Source of the DNA: Hyphomicrobiales bacterium | GTDB lineage: Bacteria; Pseudomonadota; Alphaproteobacteria; Rhizobiales; Rhizobiaceae | DNA length: 55,203 bases | Reading direction: 5' to 3' | Assembly (NCBI GenBank): GCA_038259455.1 | Contig: JBBSOT010000001.1 | Span: 1 to 55,203, forward strand | Shown here: one piece after another, positions 51,346-55,203 of the stretch | How positions within the stretch are numbered: the first letter of the stretch is position 1 | Layout: each line of letters starts with the position of its first letter | The notes under the pieces: generated by a model | Seen by the model: the letters and a program-made list of their open reading frames with translations, nothing else | Databases searched by the model: none | Told to the model about the DNA's origin: nothing | Translations under genes and position numbers: made by a program

Positions 51346-52359
51346 ATGTTCGGAATTGACACGACGATTTTGGCGTTTGTCGCACTTGCCGGCTGTAGCG
51401 CAGGGGCTGTCGCCTACGCATTCCTGTTCACCAGGATTTCGAACGAAAGCACCACCGGCCGGCGCCTCGATACCGTAAAAAAGGCCGAGACGGATCGCTC
51501 GGTAGTCAAGGCGTCGCGAGACAGGGTAGCCGAGGCAGCCAAGCGCCGAAAGACTGTCCAGGACTCCCTCAAGGATCTGGACGCCAAGCAAATGGCTTCG
51601 GAAAAAAATGTCAGAAAGCCGCCGCTGAAGATTCAGTTGAGACAGGCCGGCATGAAGGTTTCGATAGAGCGATTTTACATGTACTCGGTCGTGTGCGGCG
51701 TGGTCGTTACATTGATAGCTTTCTTCCTGCAAGCGCCGCTGCTCACTCTGCCTGGCGCCTTTGCCGCCGGCACTTTCGGGCTGCCGAGGTGGTTTGTATC
51801 ATTCAGGCGCGGCAGACGCGTGAAAGCATTCCTCAACGAATTTCCCAACGCGTTGGACATCATCGTACGGGCCGTCAAATCGGGCCTGCCACTCAACGAC
51901 GGTATCAGGCTTATCGCTAGCGAGTCGCCAGAGCCCGTAAAGACGGAGTTTCGTCGAATCGTGGAGTCGCAGCAGATCGGCATGTCGATACCCGACGCTG
52001 CGATGCGCATGACCGAAACGATGCCCTGTCCTGAAGCCGGCTTCTTTGGAATCGTGATCCAGATTCAACAGCAGGCTGGCGGCAATCTATCTGAAGCGCT
52101 GGGAAACTTGTCCCGGGTTCTTCGCGATCGCAAGAAAATGAAGGCGAAGGTTCAAGCGCTGTCGATGGAAGCCAAGGCGTCTGCCGTAATCATTGGTTCG
52201 CTGCCGTTTATTGTGGGTTTCCTCGTCTATCTATCGAGCCCGAACTACATCATGCCACTGTTCACGACGAGCACCGGCAATCTCGTCTTGGGGGTATCAG
52301 GCATCTGGATGTCAATCGGCATCTTCGTGATGCGCAAGATGATGAATTTCGATGTCTAG
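51346..52359 (+). CDS. tadB: type II secretion system F family protein TadB
   Basis: 337 aa with a T2SSF domain, multiple TM segments and a position immediately after cpaF. Confidence 0.9.
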   Translation: MFGIDTTILAFVALAGCSAGAVAYAFLFTRISNESTTGRRLDTVKKAETDRSVVKASRDRVAEAAKRRKTVQDSLKDLDAKQMASEKNVRKPPLKIQLRQAGMKVSIERFYMYSVVCGVVVTLIAFFLQAPLLTLPGAFAAGTFGLPRWFVSFRRGRRVKAFLNEFPNALDIIVRAVKSGLPLNDGIRLIASESPEPVKTEFRRIVESQQIGMSIPDAAMRMTETMPCPEAGFFGIVIQIQQQAGGNLSEALGNLSRVLRDRKKMKAKVQALSMEAKASAVIIGSLPFIVGFLVYLSSPNYIMPLFTTSTGNLVLGVSGIWMSIGIFVMRKMMNFDV

Positions 52360-52371
52360 GGGCCGCGCAGC

Positions 52372-53391
52372 ATGACCGCACAAGTTGTCAAGGCAATTAC
52401 CGACCCAGCATTCCTCATTGCATTGCTGGTTGGAGTAGCCGTTTTCGCGACCATCTTTACTTTAATGCCTGCTCTGAGCGGAAACACATTGAAGTCCAGG
52501 ATGAAGTCGGTTGCGCTGGAGCGCGACGAACTTCGTGCAAAGCAACGTGCACGTCTCGCCGTGGAGGCTGACAGGCGGCGCAAGGGCTTGCGTGAAGAGC
52601 AATCTCTGGGAATGCGTGCCATCGTTGACAGGCTTGATCTTCGACGTGCGCTTGTCGACGAAAACACAGTGGCGAAACTGAAGGTCGCAGGTTTCCGCGG
52701 GCAGAATCCGCTGACCAAGTTCCTGTTCTTTCGACTGGTCCTGCCCTTCGTGTTCTTTGCACTTGCCATCGTCTACACGTTCCTGCTTGGCGGGCTTCCC
52801 GAGCAGCCCACCGTCATAAAGGGATTCGTTTCCGTCGTTGTCGCCTACGCTGGCTTCTATGCGCCTGTTCTTTACGTCAACAATCGCGCCACAAAGCGTA
52901 AGCAGTCGATTCAGATGGCTTGGCCGGACGGGCTCGATCTCATGTTGATCTGCGTTGAATCAGGCATGTCGATCGAGGCAGCGATCCGCAAGGTTGCTGA
53001 TGAGATCGGTGGGCAATCGATAGCGCTAGCCGAAGAATTCATTCTGACCAACGCTGAACTGTCTTATCTGCCAGAGCGTAAGCAAGCCTACGACAATCTT
53101 GCCAGCCGTACCGGACTCGACTCGGTCAAATCCGTGGCCCAGGCACTTGTGCAGGCCGAGCGCTACGGTACCCCGGTGGCACACGCGTTGAGGGTCCTTG
53201 CCAGCGAAAGCCGTGACATGCGCATGAACGAGGCAGAAAAGAAGGCGGCTGCACTGCCACCGAAGCTTACGGTGCCTATGATCCTTTTCTTCCTTCCGGT
53301 GCTGTTCGCAATCATCCTCGGACCCGCGGGCATCCAAGTCAGCCAGCGCGGTGGCATCTTTGGGGACGGCGAAAAAACGATGCAGGAATAG
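52372..53391 (+). CDS. tadC: type II secretion system F family protein TadC
   Basis: 339 aa and paralogous to TadB (T2SSF domain, TM helices at both ends). Confidence 0.9.
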   Translation: MTAQVVKAITDPAFLIALLVGVAVFATIFTLMPALSGNTLKSRMKSVALERDELRAKQRARLAVEADRRRKGLREEQSLGMRAIVDRLDLRRALVDENTVAKLKVAGFRGQNPLTKFLFFRLVLPFVFFALAIVYTFLLGGLPEQPTVIKGFVSVVVAYAGFYAPVLYVNNRATKRKQSIQMAWPDGLDLMLICVESGMSIEAAIRKVADEIGGQSIALAEEFILTNAELSYLPERKQAYDNLASRTGLDSVKSVAQALVQAERYGTPVAHALRVLASESRDMRMNEAEKKAAALPPKLTVPMILFFLPVLFAIILGPAGIQVSQRGGIFGDGEKTMQE

Positions 53392-53486
53392 GCCGCCGGC
53401 ACTAGGTCTGCGAATTGAAAAAAAATAGGCCAGTCGCTTAACCGGCCCATTTTCGCTTCGTTATCGAGGATCTGAAAATTCAGATT

Positions 53487-54290
53487 TCAGTTTGTGTCGG
53501 GCTTCTTCTTGTCGCCCTCTTTGAGATCATTCCAGGCATTTTGCTGAGCCAGCATTGAACGGAGATAGGCAACGTTTGCCTCTGCTTGTTCACGCAAAAG
53601 CTCCGAGCCAGCGATCTTTTCGGCTTCGTCGAAACGGCCTTGAAGTCCCACAACAAGAGCAAGATTCTGGCGTACCCTGCTATCCGCGCCCGGCTGCTCG
53701 GATGCTGTGCGCATATAGGTTTCGGCAGTCTTGAGATCTCCCTCAAGGACGTAGGACATGCCGAGATTGGACAAGACGGATGGTTCGTTTGGCTTGAGAT
53801 CCAAGGCGCGCCTGTAGAGATTGCGTGCTTCGCCCGACTGGCCGAGCTGGTCGAGAATCGCGGCCTCGGCAGAAACCAGCTTCCAGTCTGGATATTCGGG
53901 TGTCTGCGCGCGCCGAACGGCATCGAGTGCAGGTTGCAGCTCACCTGCGCCTGCGAGGGATTTGCCGTAAGCAGCCAGCACTTCGCGATCCGTCGGATAC
54001 GCGATCGCAAGCTTTCGCATAACCGCCAACGATTGTTCCGTCTTGCCGCTCATCTGCAGGACGGTTGAATAGCGCATCGCGGCATTCTTGTCGGAAGGAT
54101 CCTTTGTATAAGCCTTGCCGATGGAGGCGCTGGCACTTCGTAACTCGCTTGATGACATCTGTTCGACAGCCTTGCCGGACTGTCGCGAGATTGATCCAGT
54201 CGTAAGCTTGCTGGTGCCGCAGCCTGTAACGCTTGCTGCCAGCGCAAAAACTGCTGCGGTGAGCAACAGCTTTTTTCCCGTTGCGTTCAT
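53487..54290 (-). CDS. tetratricopeptide-repeat lipoprotein, TadD-like
   Basis: TPR repeats run throughout. The likely start is ATG 54290 (MNATGKKLLLTAAVFALAASVTGC), which gives a lipoprotein signal with the lipobox VTGC. The track start is 54347. It is convergent with tadC. Confidence 0.8.
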   Translation of the reverse strand: MNATGKKLLLTAAVFALAASVTGCGTSKLTTGSISRQSGKAVEQMSSSELRSASASIGKAYTKDPSDKNAAMRYSTVLQMSGKTEQSLAVMRKLAIAYPTDREVLAAYGKSLAGAGELQPALDAVRRAQTPEYPDWKLVSAEAAILDQLGQSGEARNLYRRALDLKPNEPSVLSNLGMSYVLEGDLKTAETYMRTASEQPGADSRVRQNLALVVGLQGRFDEAEKIAGSELLREQAEANVAYLRSMLAQQNAWNDLKEGDKKKPDTN

Positions 54291-54433
54291 CGTGCGGCTG
54301 GTCAACATCTGCGAAGGGGCTCCACTCGTTCTGGCACGGCCGCTCATAGCTTTCGGTCGGGCTTGAGAAATATTCTGTTAACCCTAACGGATCGTTAAAG
54401 ATCGTCTCAGGTCATCAAAAGGAAGGGCTTCCG

Positions 54434-55203
54434 ATGCCGGTTGAAATCAGCGCGCAGCAACTCAATTCGGTTCGCCCCATCCATCTCGTCGAAAAGGGCG
54501 ATCTTGCGTCCGCTGGGCTTGGATCGATCGAAACCGCCTGGGCAGAGGCCAACGGCTTTGTTGGCCAGGCCGGCCGCACCCTGCTCGTCCCGGCTTTGGA
54601 CGGGTCGGTAGCGTGCGCGCTTTTCGGCCTGGGAGATGCTGATAGATCGGTGTTCGAAAGGGGCGCGCTTGCAAAATCCTTGCCGGAAGGTAACTGGCAC
54701 TTTGCCGGGCAGCCGTCTGATCCGGAGTTGACGATGCTGGGATTACTCATGGGTGGATACGAGTTCACCCGCTACGGCAAGAAGCCGGGCGCAAAGATCC
54801 GAATTACGGCCCCTAAGGGCCTAGACAAGGCTCATATCGACCGATTGGTCGAAGGCGTTTTTCTTGCCCGGGACCTCGTAAATACGCCGACAAACGAAAT
54901 GGGCCCGGACCATCTTGAGCATGCAGTCCGTGAGCTTGCAAAAAAACACAAGGCCAGAGTCTCGGTAATTGCCGGGGATGATTTGCTGGCCGAGAATTTT
55001 CCCATGATCCATGCGGTCGGACGTGCGTCGGACGCTGCGCCTAGGCTGATCGACTTGGTCTGGGGCGAAAAGAGCGCACCCAAAGTGACCTTGGTGGGGA
55101 AAGGCGTGTGCTTTGACACAGGGGGGCTCGATATAAAACCCGCAAGCGGCATGCTGTTGATGAAAAAGGACATGGGTGGCGCCGCAAACGTGCTTGGTCT
55201 GGC
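54434..55203 (+). CDS. M17 leucyl aminopeptidase family protein (partial, runs off the window)
   Basis: It is absent from the ORF track because the frame is open-ended. My manual translation from ATG 54434 is MPVEISAQQLNSVRPIHLVEKGD...FLARDLVNTPTNEMGP...LVGKGVCFDTGGLDIKPASGMLLMKKDMGGAA. The VGKG-x-FDTGG-x-IKP and DMGGAA motifs are M17 signatures. Confidence 0.9.
   Translation, partial: MPVEISAQQLNSVRPIHLVEKGDLASAGLGSIETAWAEANGFVGQAGRTLLVPALDGSVACALFGLGDADRSVFERGALAKSLPEGNWHFAGQPSDPELTMLGLLMGGYEFTRYGKKPGAKIRITAPKGLDKAHIDRLVEGVFLARDLVNTPTNEMGPDHLEHAVRELAKKHKARVSVIAGDDLLAENFPMIHAVGRASDAAPRLIDLVWGEKSAPKVTLVGKGVCFDTGGLDIKPASGMLLMKKDMGGAANVLGL

Noticed and set aside
53392-53486. Bidirectional terminator or palindrome (TCTGAA-AA-TTCAGA at about 53473-53486; A8-GGCC...GGCC-T4 at about 53427-53455) between tadC and the TPR gene
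   Set aside because: The stems are only 4-6 bp, one has a 2-nt loop, and the folding is not convincing. These are noted only as weak candidates.
1-55203. Scan for tRNA or rRNA genes, CRISPR repeats, IS or transposase or integrase genes, phage genes, and toxin-antitoxin or defence modules
   Set aside because: No T-arm-like GGTTCGA motifs occur outside coding regions. I noticed no direct-repeat arrays and no transposase- or integrase-like ORFs. Every sizeable ORF is accounted for by a conserved housekeeping or Tad-pilus gene. By-eye repeat detection is limited, so a dot-plot or self-BLAST would be the decisive check.

Overview
55.2-kb high-GC chromosomal segment whose gene content and order are typical of an alphaproteobacterium, probably Rhizobiales. 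This placement is inferred from synteny and protein motifs only; no database search was possible. Almost the whole window is conserved housekeeping DNA. From left to right it contains: a galactonate (De Ley-Doudoroff type) catabolic module (lactonase-dgoA-dgoK-SDR); glcB; tsaB-rimI-plsC-like; miaB-ybeZ(phoH)-ybeY-ybeX(corC)-lnt; an XRE regulator with metK and trmB; the rimP-nusA-ylxR-infB-rbfA-truB-rpsO-pnp cluster; an RsmC-like methyltransferase; fabI-fabB-fabA divergent from irr; an SH3 protein; a 2-hydroxyacid dehydrogenase; moeB/thiF; recF-dnaN-dnaA-rpsT; an enoyl-CoA hydratase; mutM; and deoB. The only accessory-like block is a complete Flp/Tad (cpa/ctp) type IVc pilus locus at about 42.1-54.3 kb. 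It comprises two TadE-like pseudopilins, a free-standing secretin-N-like protein, a 54-aa Flp pilin that is missing from the supplied ORF track, cpaA-F, tadB, tadC and a TadD-like TPR lipoprotein. A partial M17 aminopeptidase follows it. I found no tRNA or rRNA genes, CRISPR arrays, IS or transposase genes, integrases, phage genes or recognisable defence or toxin systems. I do not see convincing evidence for a previously undescribed multi-gene system in this window. The items worth a second look are small and regulatory: a promoter plus intrinsic terminator in the rimP-nusA leader; an unusually long (781 bp), AT-richer dnaA upstream region with DnaA-box-like sites, a GANTC-centred palindrome and a possible small transcript carrying an anti-Shine-Dalgarno-like motif; CtrA-like boxes in the pilus locus; and the orphan secretin-N-domain protein. 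Many supplied ORFs are N-terminally over-extended or are antisense shadow ORFs of a GC-rich genome, so I re-called starts by eye where homolog N-termini were recognisable.
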